From Wickerhamiella versatilis (lineage: Eukaryota): a stretch of 64,000 nucleotides of DNA. Location: assembly GCA_030867685.1 (NCBI GenBank), contig JAQOWU010000003.1, forward strand, positions 1,054,001 to 1,118,000. The letters run 5' to 3'. Position numbers and translations under genes: made by a program. The notes under the pieces are model-generated. The model was not told the origin of the DNA. It ran no database searches and saw only the letters and a program-made list of their open reading frames with translations. Of the stretch, positions 19,539 through 30,080 are shown piece by piece (within the stretch, counting starts at the first letter, position 1; every line of letters starts with the position of its first letter).

Positions 19539-20429
19539 ATGCAACAATTATTGAACTTATCCTGTATACCGTTGCAATACGAAAATCCTGATAAACTTGA
19601 CAAGGCTCTAGAGAGTATACCTCCAGAAGTATGGAGTGAGGCGGATGTAGCTTCCGAGAAAGACCCAAGTTGGGGCTATGAGGATCATCTTGTGATGGCG
19701 TTATTGAAATGGTTCAAGAAAACATTTCAATGGGTTAACAATGCTCATTGTGACAAATGTGGGTGTAGCGAGACCCGAGGAATCCAGCCTTGGGCGCCTT
19801 ACGCTGAGGAGCACAAAAAGTTTGGTGCCTCAGTCGTAGAAAGGTATGAATGTTCACGATGTCACAATGTCACGGAATTTCCACGCTACAATGATCCAGT
19901 CAAACTTCTTGAAACTCGTAAAGGTCGTTGTGGTGAGTGGGCAAACGCAGCGACCTTGCTTCTCCGGGCAATAGGTCGCGACGTACGGTACATATGGAAC
20001 TCAGAGGACCATGTTTGGAATGAGATATGGTCGACGAAACAAAATAGATGGGTTCATGTTGATAGCTGTGAGCAAGCCTTCGATCGTCCGCTTATCTATA
20101 CTGATGGTTGGGGGAAGAAAATGGCCTATGTTCTAGCTTTTTCTGTAGGTGGGTGTGCAGACGTTACTCGCCGCTACGTACGGCGACCAGAAATGCAGTT
20201 GAAACGTGACCGCTTTAATGAGACACAATTGGAAGTATTTCTGGAGACTCGCACCGTGGAGATGCGAGCAGAACTGGAACCAGAGGATCAGGTTGAGTGG
20301 TTTGAAAGGTCGGAGCAAGAAACGAAGGAACTCGCACAATATGTTCCCACGCAGACCTCAAATGAATTGCCTCGTCAGAGTGGAGATGCTGATTGGACCA
20401 AGGCTAGAGGAGAGGCCGGATCTCATTGA
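19539..20429 (+). CDS. PNG1: Peptide:N-glycanase
   Basis: LLKWFK..F.WVN, CxxC pairs, FPRYNDP.KLLETRKGRCGEW, EDHVW and RWVHVDSCE. Confidence 0.93.
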   Translation: MQQLLNLSCIPLQYENPDKLDKALESIPPEVWSEADVASEKDPSWGYEDHLVMALLKWFKKTFQWVNNAHCDKCGCSETRGIQPWAPYAEEHKKFGASVVERYECSRCHNVTEFPRYNDPVKLLETRKGRCGEWANAATLLLRAIGRDVRYIWNSEDHVWNEIWSTKQNRWVHVDSCEQAFDRPLIYTDGWGKKMAYVLAFSVGGCADVTRRYVRRPEMQLKRDRFNETQLEVFLETRTVEMRAELEPEDQVEWFERSEQETKELAQYVPTQTSNELPRQSGDADWTKARGEAGSH

Positions 20430-20571
20430 GGCTGGTTTACTATCATGAACTAATAACGAGGTCGTGAATCTCTCCTAAAAAAGTACAGAAAGTTGTTTCA
20501 GACCAATAATTAGTGTAGTTTTTAAAAAAACTAGTAATCTATTTAATGTTTTCTTCTTCATTTTTCTTAGC

Positions 20572-20587
20572 CTAGCTAGCTAGCTAG
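20572..20587. repeat. (CTAG)4 palindromic microsatellite upstream of SRB7
   Basis: ctagctagctagctag. Confidence 0.7.
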
Positions 20588-20624
20588 CCAGCTCTTGACA
20601 CCAACACCAGCTGCTGAATAATTC

Positions 20625-21041
20625 ATGGATCGCTTAAGCCAGTTGCAGAAGAGTCTGGACCAGCTGGTGACCCAGTTCTTTTCATCGCTAAATTACATCA
20701 ATACAAACCACGATTTCCAACCACTCAATGGGGAGGCGAAAGTAGAAGATCCACAGCTTAATCCTGCACCTGGAGACCAATTTCAGGCATCCCTCGGTGA
20801 GCTCTCTCAAGACATAGCCAAGAAGGCCAAGCAAATTGAGAATTTAATAGATAGTCTACCCGGTATTGAGACATCAGAAAAAGATCAGCTCGAATCACTC
20901 AGCAGTCTTGAGAAAGAGTTACGTGCTGTGAGAGCAGAAGAGGCGAAGGTGGTCAAGGAACGGCAAAATCTCCTCGCTCGTTGTGATAAATTGGTCATGC
21001 AAATAACAAAATATAAAGCAGAAATCGAGGAAGGTCCCTAA
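20625..21041 (+). CDS. SRB7: Mediator subunit Med21
   Basis: 'MDRLSQLQ..LDQL' and 'KAKQIENLIDSLPG'. Confidence 0.92.
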   Translation: MDRLSQLQKSLDQLVTQFFSSLNYINTNHDFQPLNGEAKVEDPQLNPAPGDQFQASLGELSQDIAKKAKQIENLIDSLPGIETSEKDQLESLSSLEKELRAVRAEEAKVVKERQNLLARCDKLVMQITKYKAEIEEGP

Positions 21042-21400
21042 AGTTCTAATTCGAGGTCGTCCAATTCTTTGCGAAGATACAGAGAACGCACCTCCGCAAC
21101 CAGTGCATCTTTAAAGCTCCTCTGAGCCTGTTTTAGGCTTTCAGGGGGCCACGCTCCAAATGCAGGAAGTATAATTGGTTTCTCAGAAAAAATTACTCTT
21201 CCTTTGTTATTTACTCGAGTTGCTGCTTCTGCACTGCCGTCGAAGTCAAAAGCTCTTACCATGCGCTCATTACGTGCTCTTGCTAAGTCGATGTAACCGT
21301 TCTTCCATGAAGTTGATGCTTTTTTCTTTGCTGTTTCGTATTCGGCCAGCTTCTCAAGCCAGGTTTCTACGACCTCATCACCTGGTTTCGTAAGCAACAT
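21038..21400 (-). CDS. VMA22: V-ATPase assembly factor, Vma22/CCDC115 family
   Basis: 'GYIDLARA' and 'FGAWPPESLKQAQRSF' motifs; first ATG at 21400. Confidence 0.7.
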   Translation of the reverse strand: MLLTKPGDEVVETWLEKLAEYETAKKKASTSWKNGYIDLARARNERMVRAFDFDGSAEAATRVNNKGRVIFSEKPIILPAFGAWPPESLKQAQRSFKDALVAEVRSLYLRKELDDLELEL

Positions 21401-21838
21401 GGTTGAGGCGCCAGAATCCGAGAGATTGATATTAACACCTCTCGAAATCGGAGCAGGACAGGGAATAAGATTGATATCGTGTCGGGAGCTGAAAGAATTC
21501 AAACGTGAGCTCGCAGCTCACGCAGCTCAGCTTTCTTATGATTCCCTTGGTAGCACCGCGGGGTACTCTCAATCTCAGTATTTATCGCACGGCAGCGCAT
21601 CTGGTTATCAATATTGGGGTTCGCAATCAACCTACTACAGCCCTCCTTGATTTGGTTTCAGAAATAAAAGCATGCAGGTACATGCATTCTAATTTATTAG
21701 GGTTTAACTAAGATCGCAGGTAGTAAATTTTTACCACGCAAATCGCATGGAATTATCCGAAATAAAAACTAGAGGACACCAACATTTAGTTAGCCATACC
21801 TAGTACTTATGTTATATCAATCTTTCATCTTTCACTTG

Positions 21839-24160
21839 TTACTCCATTCCAATAGGCTGTTGCTCTTTTTCAGGTGATTCTTCCTCTACGGCGTTAGCTT
21901 CGAAAACTTCAGCAGAGGAATCACCTGTAGGTACGGGCAGACCTTGTCGTGCATACGAAATAGATTCGGAAATCTTGCGATTAGCCTCTGTATAGTCGCC
22001 GTAAGACTCAGGGAACAAGTTGCAATCCCAGTCCATATCGCCGAATACAGAGCTCTGGCACATAGACTTAGTCCAACTAGATCCATAGATGAGGGGTGAG
22101 TACCACACGTACCAGGTACCGGCGACTAGTACAGCCAAGGCAGGCAACGCCATGGCAAGATACCGACATTTGATTGTCGACACACCGAGTTCCAAAGCTT
22201 GTCCCAAGGCCAAAACACCAAAATAAAGTGAGCCGAGGTAGTGGTGCAGGAACAGCTGTCTCTCCATAAGGAAAGAGGGGAAATAGTGAAGCCACCATCC
22301 CAAAATGTAGTTACCAAAGTTGTGATCAAAGATACCCCATACCTGAGTTTTTGGCGCATAGCTGTTATTAGCAGCGAGTGCACCACCACGCCTTTGCCAT
22401 AGAAGTAGGGCGATGATCTTGTATGCCACGAGTATTCCTACTCCTATCGCAATGGACAAATAAATGGGAAGATTACCCACGAGATAGACCTGGTGAGAGG
22501 AATCACCCCACATATTAATACCACGACGCAGGGTGAGCCACTGGAGAGGTCTTGTTTCCCAGTTGTGGGGCTCAGTAAGGCCCTTGTTGACGTTCCACAT
22601 GACCTTCTGAAGCTCTAAGAAGTTCTGGAAGAACCCTGGCTTCTTATAGTCAACACGCTCCATCTCTGGCAGGAGAGGGTTTTCATTGTGTTCCACATAC
22701 CATACTGTATTATGGAGTTTACCATTCTTAATACAAGACACTTCTTGCTGATCGAAACCCCAGTCAGGCAACCTGACATTCTTCGAATACAGCAAACAGC
22801 CAGTCATTGTATGCTCAAGTTGGAAATAAGTGCGGAGTGCGCGAATACGATGTTTAGCTTCTTCGCCAATCGACTCTTTTCCAACAATTTTCACACGCCA
22901 GTTATCATTATAATCACCCTCAAAGCCAGGGAAACCGTAACCACTTACCTCGTTGATATAGTCATGGCTGGTGACAGGTGCCCTGTGGTCATGTGAATGA
23001 AGTCGTTTCTCAGTTGTGACATGCTCCAAGCGAATTACATCCCCATCCTTTACCCACACAGGAGAGCCATCTTCGTTAGGCTGATAGGCAGTGGTTCCAT
23101 TTTCAATTCTCCACAAATTGTTTTCGTCTGCATGAGGGTATAGTGTGACCTGTTGCTGCTTCGAACCAGTTTCGTACTGCTGTATGTGTGAATGCAACCA
23201 GCCACCGGCGGTATCAAGGTGTCGAATCGAGACAATGGATCCATAACCAACCTCCGCGGGAATATTCGTAGGAAGATCGTTGTGTTTCAACGTGGCTTGG
23301 AACGCACGAGGCAAGAACTCAGCACCTTCACCATAGTTATCAACACAGAAAAAGTGCAGGTAGAACATGCCAACATAAAAAGTAACAGGCACCAAAATTA
23401 AACACAACGCACGTGCTCCAAAATGTTGCAGGAAGCGACGCGGTGTAATACTGAGATCTCCCCATATCCACCAAAGCTGATAAATTGTGAGACATCCTAC
23501 CCATGCGATAGTGAAGAGTCCGACCCACTTAGAAGAAACAGTCGCGCCAAGACTAACACCAGTAAGGAGGAGATGGCGCCACCAATCGCTTGTGAAAGGT
23601 ACGTCAGTCTCAAACTTCTTAAAGCCAAAAGTAGAAAGGGCAATGAAGAAAACAAGTGGACTATCAAGCAGAATGTAGCGTGACTCCGTAGCGTGCGTAT
23701 TCTCAAATGTAAGGAGAAGGGCCGCAGCTGCGGCTACGTATGTTCTGCAACCAGACGCACGTAAAGTGGAAAACGAGAGAGCGATAGTTCCGAGTCCCAT
23801 GAGTGCAGGAAGCATACGTATTGCTACATAAGGCACTCCTGCAGAAATGTAGTCGTCACCAATGTTCTTAAATTCAAATTCACCATCATAACCACCAAAC
23901 CAAGCAGCTACAGCTATAAGCATCTTGGCAAGAGGAGGATGTACATCAAAAAAGAAGCGTCCTATAACGTATTTTCGTGCAAAGCCACCAAAATGTACTT
24001 CGTCGAAAACGACTGATGCAGGCCAGGCAAGTCCATACAATCTGACAGCAGTAGCTATTGTCATTACAACACCAAGAACTTTCCAGTCGACCGGGGAAAG
24101 CTTGCGGCTTTGCGCAAAAGCAGCGTCTACCGACGTCGCGCGATACTGCGCTTTCTCCAT
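21839..24160 (-). CDS. PMT1: Dolichyl-phosphate-mannose:protein O-mannosyltransferase, PMT1 subfamily
   Basis: 'VFDEVHFGGFA', 'DVHPPLAKML', MIR repeats (LHSH) and 'RQLFLHHY'. Confidence 0.88.
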   Translation of the reverse strand: MEKAQYRATSVDAAFAQSRKLSPVDWKVLGVVMTIATAVRLYGLAWPASVVFDEVHFGGFARKYVIGRFFFDVHPPLAKMLIAVAAWFGGYDGEFEFKNIGDDYISAGVPYVAIRMLPALMGLGTIALSFSTLRASGCRTYVAAAAALLLTFENTHATESRYILLDSPLVFFIALSTFGFKKFETDVPFTSDWWRHLLLTGVSLGATVSSKWVGLFTIAWVGCLTIYQLWWIWGDLSITPRRFLQHFGARALCLILVPVTFYVGMFYLHFFCVDNYGEGAEFLPRAFQATLKHNDLPTNIPAEVGYGSIVSIRHLDTAGGWLHSHIQQYETGSKQQQVTLYPHADENNLWRIENGTTAYQPNEDGSPVWVKDGDVIRLEHVTTEKRLHSHDHRAPVTSHDYINEVSGYGFPGFEGDYNDNWRVKIVGKESIGEEAKHRIRALRTYFQLEHTMTGCLLYSKNVRLPDWGFDQQEVSCIKNGKLHNTVWYVEHNENPLLPEMERVDYKKPGFFQNFLELQKVMWNVNKGLTEPHNWETRPLQWLTLRRGINMWGDSSHQVYLVGNLPIYLSIAIGVGILVAYKIIALLLWQRRGGALAANNSYAPKTQVWGIFDHNFGNYILGWWLHYFPSFLMERQLFLHHYLGSLYFGVLALGQALELGVSTIKCRYLAMALPALAVLVAGTWYVWYSPLIYGSSWTKSMCQSSVFGDMDWDCNLFPESYGDYTEANRKISESISYARQGLPVPTGDSSAEVFEANAVEEESPEKEQQPIGME

Positions 24161-24564
24161 GGTGACACGTTCACTTCGTAGTAATCCCAGCGACCTATTA
24201 ACAGGTACCCGTACCCTAATTTCTGACGCGCGTCGCGTTGGCTTTGTTCGAAACTCAAATTATTTTACCGGGGGGAGTATTTAGGGGCAGAAAAAAAAGC
24301 AACTAAGGCTTAGCCCTCGTTGGCTGGATAAGTTGTTTGATTCCTAGGAGTTACCACTTTGGGAAAGGTCTCCTGTAAATTATAAATTTTTATGGACGTA
24401 TCATGATACTCCACATTAGAGTGTGAAACTTAAGTTTTGATTGGCTAAATATAAGCCATTTCACTGGTATATGTAGCTTGCAGTTTCAGTCACAGCAAGC
24501 ACGTGATAATCGTGGCAGGTTATCGGATAAATATTTATTAAATTATAAATACATGAGGGGTACT

Positions 24565-25716
24565 CTATTCGAGCCATACCCCGCCACCACGCTCATTGAG
24601 TATTTCTATTAAGGCATTAAGTGAGTCTGATTGTGGGTTCCAGCCCAACTGGAAGCTAACGCTCAACCGCGTTAGTTGCGTAAGATGCTCTGTAGCTAGC
24701 AGTAAGTCACTGGGTCGAAGTTTATTAGCATGCCCCATCATTCCCGACGATGCTATCGACAGGTTACGAAGAGGGTGATCTGGTACATCAAGTAGACGAG
24801 ACGACGCATAGTCCACGCTCAAGCGTAGCGATACCACGAAAGGGCACATGATAAGAACAGTATCCAAGGCTGTAGCGCTCAATAATGGCATTGGATAAAA
24901 CAATCCAAGCGTACGCAATTGGTGGCCGATCCGGCTAAGAAATATTAAAAGGCTTTCAGTTGTCACAAACGGACAGTGAGCCATAGTCAAGTCGCGTAGA
25001 GTCGGTGGGAAGTTTGTTACTGCCAGGAAGTCTCCAGATATTCCACCGGCCAAATGCAGAGACTTTAAGTTTGGTGGCCACTTTAATTTTGAGCAATCGT
25101 CACATCGAATTGACGATCGAGGAAAGCTCATCGCTTCCAGAAATGGAAATGTTGATATCGTGGCAAGAAGTTTTGGCAGATCAACCATCTCCGTTACCAG
25201 CCTCAAATCCAGAACCTTCAAGCGATGACATGATCCTAAGGCTAACACTGGTGAAAACCCGAAGTGGCCCTGAGGGGCGATAAAGCGTTCAAGCCGTGGA
25301 GAGCATCGACGCAACAAACGAGCCGTCATCGAATTTTTGCCCATCTGTGCAATGTCAATGAGATCCAAGTCTGTAACAAAGCTACCAAGCCTACGATCAC
25401 GGGTTATCGCTTCAACAAATTGTGCGAAGTTTTTTGAGGTGAGCGTCGGACGAGAATACATATGTGAGAGAGTAGCATTATACCACTGCGAGTTGATAAA
25501 TAGTAGTGGGAACCGTCTTGGGCATTTTGCCACAATCATCTCAATAAGTTCATAGGGTAGTTTTAGCCTACTACTGTTAGACTCGACTACCTGCACAGAA
25601 TCCTCATTCGACTCTTCTTCTTGACTGACCTCTGGGGCAATCCCATCAATGCTACCTGTACCCACATAGCGCTTGAATGGTGGACGGGTCTTGCGAGCCC
25701 TCCTTTTGCCTACCAT
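24565..25716 (-). CDS. F-box/LRR protein, YDR306C (PFU1)-like
   Basis: F-box 'LPYELIEMI'; 'PTLTSKNF', 'LLRRC', 'FIAPQ..FG' and 'SFPRSSI' recall YDR306C. Confidence 0.8.
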   Translation of the reverse strand: MVGKRRARKTRPPFKRYVGTGSIDGIAPEVSQEEESNEDSVQVVESNSSRLKLPYELIEMIVAKCPRRFPLLFINSQWYNATLSHMYSRPTLTSKNFAQFVEAITRDRRLGSFVTDLDLIDIAQMGKNSMTARLLRRCSPRLERFIAPQGHFGFSPVLALGSCHRLKVLDLRLVTEMVDLPKLLATISTFPFLEAMSFPRSSIRCDDCSKLKWPPNLKSLHLAGGISGDFLAVTNFPPTLRDLTMAHCPFVTTESLLIFLSRIGHQLRTLGLFYPMPLLSATALDTVLIMCPFVVSLRLSVDYASSRLLDVPDHPLRNLSIASSGMMGHANKLRPSDLLLATEHLTQLTRLSVSFQLGWNPQSDSLNALIEILNERGGGVWLE

Positions 25717-26409
25717 CAGTAAGCAAATATCATACTGGTCCAGAGTAATTTAAGTGAGTGTTGCTAACTGTAATGTCGTCATATTTCAATGAATTATACT
25801 GAGATATTTCGAGATCACCTCATAATTGACCACCAGTTAGAGGTATTGTGATTGAGTGGGCTTCATCATGTGCATAATGCACTACTAAGCTCAAAAGGTG
25901 AATATGACCAAATAATACTTTTGATAACGCTTTCATGGTCCTAGGTAGCCCCCATGGCACTCAATCTAGGTCACAGAGGATAACTGTAAAAATATGCTGA
26001 ACTATATAAATAGACACTTATAGTTTCTGCGTTAGATGGCAAAGACATCTAGCTTCGCAAAAATATAACGCGCCAAACACAGAATATTAGCACTCAGCAA
26101 TCCAGGAAATTGGAGATGAAATGGACTTGTTAAAGAGCCAGATTAGCATGTTAACAAATGTTTGTAAATATATATATGCTAATCAAGATCCATAAGATCC
26201 TTGCGTTAAAGCGATATATAATTAAAACATAAGGATACAAGGACCGCAAAACTTTCTTAAGTTGTAATAATTTAAACTATAACCTGTAGATAGCAGCGGT
26301 ACCATTAATGCAGGCATTACATAATTAGGTCTTCAGGGCTGATTACTCACAACCCACTCACCGACTCCCATATAGGCTCCGAAGTAGCACTCACTTACTA
26401 CTAACCAAG

Positions 26410-26487
26410 ATGCGTGATAAGTGGAAGAAGAAGCGCACTCGCCGCTTGAAGAAGAAGCGGCGGAAGATGCGGCAGCGGTCCAAATAA
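26410..26487 (+). CDS. RPL41: Ribosomal protein L41 (eL41/eS32), 25 aa; absent from the ORF track
   Basis: Manual translation gives MRDKWKKKRTRRLKKKRRKMRQRSK*. Confidence 0.95.
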   Translation: MRDKWKKKRTRRLKKKRRKMRQRSK

Positions 26488-26946
26488 GCAGAACGCCTTT
26501 TTGAGGGCGCTGCCGCTTAAGCCCAGCGGCCATGTGGTTGCTCTCCTGCACTGCCAAGCAATGATTCACTGGTGCAGGACCCTGCGGACAATCGGCTAGC
26601 CTTTACGGCAGCGACCGGCAAGCACCGGAAATTAGGATTGTTAGTATATAGTAAACATGTGGTTGAGCACGTCTACGTTGTTTTAGGATATTTCTGTTCT
26701 CTTAGAGTGTCATTACAGGGAGCATTTGTCAGGAGGGCTTCGCTCACTGTACCCGGGGAGCCGTGCATTTATTTGTATCGCCTGCCATATATATCTGAGA
26801 GATTTTAGCTGATGCCAGTTAGAATTAATACCCAAAGACAGATGTTTCCTAGCTCGACAGTCAGAAAATTCTAGATACTAGCCCTCATTGACTGTGTAAG
26901 TGCTTGGTATAGTTTAGTATATGAGATTGGAATACAATAGTTTATT

Positions 26947-27663
26947 TTAATCCCGTTTCCAGAACACACTGGGCTCGTGCTCTGCAGCCCCGTATATACC
27001 TCCGTATCCACGATATGTGTTCCACGCCTCGATGTAACATATTAGGGCAGTGGCAATCACCATCTCTGGATTCAAGTCCTTGTTGAATGTCAAATCAAAG
27101 CCTTTCTTTCCAGGGTAGATTGTTGCTTGACCGACGCGCTCTCTCACTTCAGCCTCTTTGGCTCCTGCATTATAGATACGCTCTAGAAAATGACCCTTGG
27201 TAGTCCAGTGATATTCATTACCATCACTGAGTCGAAAAATGCGATAGTTGTCAAGAACGTCATTCTTGTGTGACACGACATGCCAACCAAGCTCCAGTTC
27301 ACTGTCATCGGCCAATTTAAATAGTAGGACATTCGAGCGGAACCCCGCACGTATGGCGCCAACTGGGAGGTCATTTTCGGGGCCATACATTTTGTACGAA
27401 CCCTTGACTGCGCGGCTACGTTTCATCCACCATATTTTTTCGTCGTAGGTCTTTTTCACCTCTGGATTTGAATTATCATACACCCCGAAGACCTTGGAGC
27501 CAGTCCCAAACTCGAGCCTAATGGCATAGTTGACTGCTTGTGACTGGTCAAGTTCGATTATCCTCGGTGTATAATGGCTACTATCACGATGAAAGCTCAT
27601 AAGATAGGCTTGGAGTTGTGCCACTGGGCGGAGAATTGGACTCAGAAAGAGCTCAACCGGCAT
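26947..27663 (-). CDS. Uncharacterised fungal protein (238 aa)
   Basis: Clean ATG ORF with globular, aromatic-rich composition; family not identified with confidence. Confidence 0.7.
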   Translation of the reverse strand: MPVELFLSPILRPVAQLQAYLMSFHRDSSHYTPRIIELDQSQAVNYAIRLEFGTGSKVFGVYDNSNPEVKKTYDEKIWWMKRSRAVKGSYKMYGPENDLPVGAIRAGFRSNVLLFKLADDSELELGWHVVSHKNDVLDNYRIFRLSDGNEYHWTTKGHFLERIYNAGAKEAEVRERVGQATIYPGKKGFDLTFNKDLNPEMVIATALICYIEAWNTYRGYGGIYGAAEHEPSVFWKRD

Positions 27664-27842
27664 TAAGATTTATCGTTGATGCAGGCCTAGCTGGAGAATT
27701 GACCAGTTTATATGGCACTAGAAACCTGCTCTAAAATGCGATTTACCATATTTCGTAAAAAATTGAGACCTAAAAGGGTATAACAGGGTTGTCGACTTCC
27801 CAAAGAAGATATCTTATTAGGGGCATTGGTAAAAATGTGTAT

Positions 27843-27856
27843 TAGTCACGTGACTA
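27843..27856. promoter_or_regulatory. Perfect 14-bp palindrome with GTCACGTGAC core (Cbf1/bHLH-type site)
   Basis: TAGTCACGTGACTA. Confidence 0.55.
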
Positions 27857-27880
27857 TACAATCCAAAAAAAGAATCAAAG

Positions 27881-27964
27881 TGCCACCTAGCGGAATTGAA
27901 CCACTGACCTTTGCATGACTTCGTAAGTACAAGTGCAACGTTCTACCACTGAACTAAGGATGGC
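27881..27964 (-). tRNA. tRNA-Thr(UGU) with an 11-nt intron (27917-27927)
   Basis: Reverse complement: GCCATCCT TA GTTC AGTGGTA GAAC G TTGCA CT TGT A [CTTACGAAGTC] A TGCAA AGGTC AGTGG TTCAATT CCGCT AGGTGGC A. A T7 Pol III terminator follows at 27865-27871. Confidence 0.92.
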
Positions 27965-28104
27965 TATATGTGGACGGAATTGCATTTAAGAGATATATAT
28001 TGCAACTGCAAAACAGTGGCAAACCTAACATATTCGCTATTCTCCTTGTCCACTTATATAGATATCAGGCATCTGATTTACATTACCGCTCATACTATAT
28101 TATT

Positions 28105-29124
28105 TTAATTTTCTTTTATAGCAGCCGTCCGGATAGCCGTACGCTCAGCATAAGATTGGCGTTTGACGCGGCTCCATAGAGTGACCTTGGGGTCAAAGAT
28201 GAAGTCAAATAAAACCTTGAACCAGGACATATGGTGTGGCAGAGGGTCGTAGAATTCTGAAGCTATTCTTCGAAGCTCGGGAAGTCGGGACCAAGCAATG
28301 TAAGGAAAGTCATGATGCTCGTTGTGGTAACCTGCATTATAGACGAAAATGTTCAATGGACCATAGTAACTGAAAGTCTCTGGGTAGTGAATAGAGGGAT
28401 CCCTCACCTTTGGTGGATCAAGATTGTAATGTTCTGCAATAAAATGCGCTGCTATTGGATGCAATGAGCCACTCAATAGTGCAGAGAGTAAGAGATACTG
28501 ATAAGATCGCCAACCACACGTTTTGATCAGAACATAATTGGCAGCGAACTGAACAACAATGTTCAAGTAGTGCACCCATGTAAACGGCACTTGAAAGATA
28601 AATATAGGTCTTATCGCGTAGAAGAGGAGTTGGAATGTGGCAAAAAAAGCCTTTCCGGCAACGTTGGAAAGAACCACAGCCTCTAGCTTCGTGGGCAGAT
28701 CTGCGTCAAGATCAGGCTCCCCAAGATGCTTATGGTGAAGCAGATGATAGGGGCCAAAGCTCGCAGAATAGGGCAAACCGACAGGTAAGTTGGCTATAAT
28801 AGCGAACAGCCGATTGGGCAGTGGTTTTTTAAAGACTAGGTTGTGGCAGAGCTCATGGATACCCAAGAATACATTCGAGTCACAGGTCGCTCCTATGAAA
28901 TAGGCGGTAAGCCATAGTTTTGGATCCCAAAAGCCTGTGTTTCGTAGTAAATATGCACAGGTAATCTGTGTAGCGACCACCCCTAAGATAATCCATTTCG
29001 TGAATGGATCGGGACCTACCAGCTTCGTAACTTCTGGGTGCGCCGCAATTATCTCCATTCGACGCGTTCTGTGTGGTTCTTCCTGAAAAGTCAGAAAAAA
29101 CCGAGGATCAATCGCCTCTCCCAT
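28105..29124 (-). CDS. DES1: Sphingolipid delta-4 desaturase
   Basis: 'EPHRTRR.EI..AHPE' and His boxes HELCH, HLLHH and HNEHHDFP. Confidence 0.92.
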   Translation of the reverse strand: MGEAIDPRFFLTFQEEPHRTRRMEIIAAHPEVTKLVGPDPFTKWIILGVVATQITCAYLLRNTGFWDPKLWLTAYFIGATCDSNVFLGIHELCHNLVFKKPLPNRLFAIIANLPVGLPYSASFGPYHLLHHKHLGEPDLDADLPTKLEAVVLSNVAGKAFFATFQLLFYAIRPIFIFQVPFTWVHYLNIVVQFAANYVLIKTCGWRSYQYLLLSALLSGSLHPIAAHFIAEHYNLDPPKVRDPSIHYPETFSYYGPLNIFVYNAGYHNEHHDFPYIAWSRLPELRRIASEFYDPLPHHMSWFKVLFDFIFDPKVTLWSRVKRQSYAERTAIRTAAIKEN

Positions 29125-30080
29125 GTTGAAACTTGTGGCTTTTGGGGATTTGTAAGATATTCGCGTAGAAGCGAAATTTATGTCTGGCCCTGTAAAAACC
29201 TCACATAATTATATATTTCGCAAATATTAGGGCATATTTCCTCACGTTTTTTGAAATACTTTACTTATAATGTTGAGGTTGGATAAAGATAATTTGCATG
29301 ATGGTACCACCCCTTTTGTCATGCGTTTTTTTTTAGCTGGTACGTTAAATTTTTATACTGGTTTCCCGCGATTTAGCTGTATCAAAAGTAAGAAGTAACA
29401 CACTCTATTTCGCTTTAGGCTTGTTTGTCTCTAATGCATTGATGACAGGATATTCTTGGATGCGACAGAAAGTATCGGCGCCGTATGGTGGCTATGCTAT
29501 CTTACAATTTCCATAGGTACACTGAGATATCCAATTCTATCGTGTTACAAGCTGAAAAAAAAGGATGCTGTAGAGCTCAATAAGTTTTGCTTGTTAGTTA
29601 ATACATCATGGAGACTCAAACCAAGTTACCTATACACTTGCGTAAATACCACCATAAATATATCGAGGGATTTCCGAAAGATGTGCAGATCATCAAGTCA
29701 TTACAGCACTTTTGTTAATAACAGCAGCCTTGTTAGTCTCCAGGTGTATATTTAGGAAATACAAGACATCAAATAATGGGCAGCAACTAAGCAATTTAAT
29801 TGAGATGCAACAGTACCTTTACTTTGCGAAACTAATGTATAGTTTCTTAAGTTGCTCAACGTCCATGTCGAGACGTGGAATTTATTCAGTTTGCTGCGGG
29901 ATACCGCTCAACAGGCACTGGTGGCTCATTGGCCTGAATTTAAACCAATTACCCATCTAGGGGGTCATAAAAGGTCTCAATGGCTATAAATTTAAATTCC
30001 AATAACCAGTTAAGGGCGTAAGAACCCCGCACAGCTCACGTGGTTTAACCTTACTAAGGAAACTTCTATAAAGTGGTGGG

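Noticed and set aside
21395-21470. Minus-strand TATTCCCTG...CAACCAT resembling the snR30/U17 m1 and m2 motifs
   Set aside because: The matches are imperfect, overlap the VMA22 start codon and lack a properly placed ACA box.
26399-26409. TACTAAC-CAAG before the RPL41 ATG suggesting a 5'-UTR intron
   Set aside because: No convincing GTAAGT, GTATGT or GTGAGT donor was found upstream.
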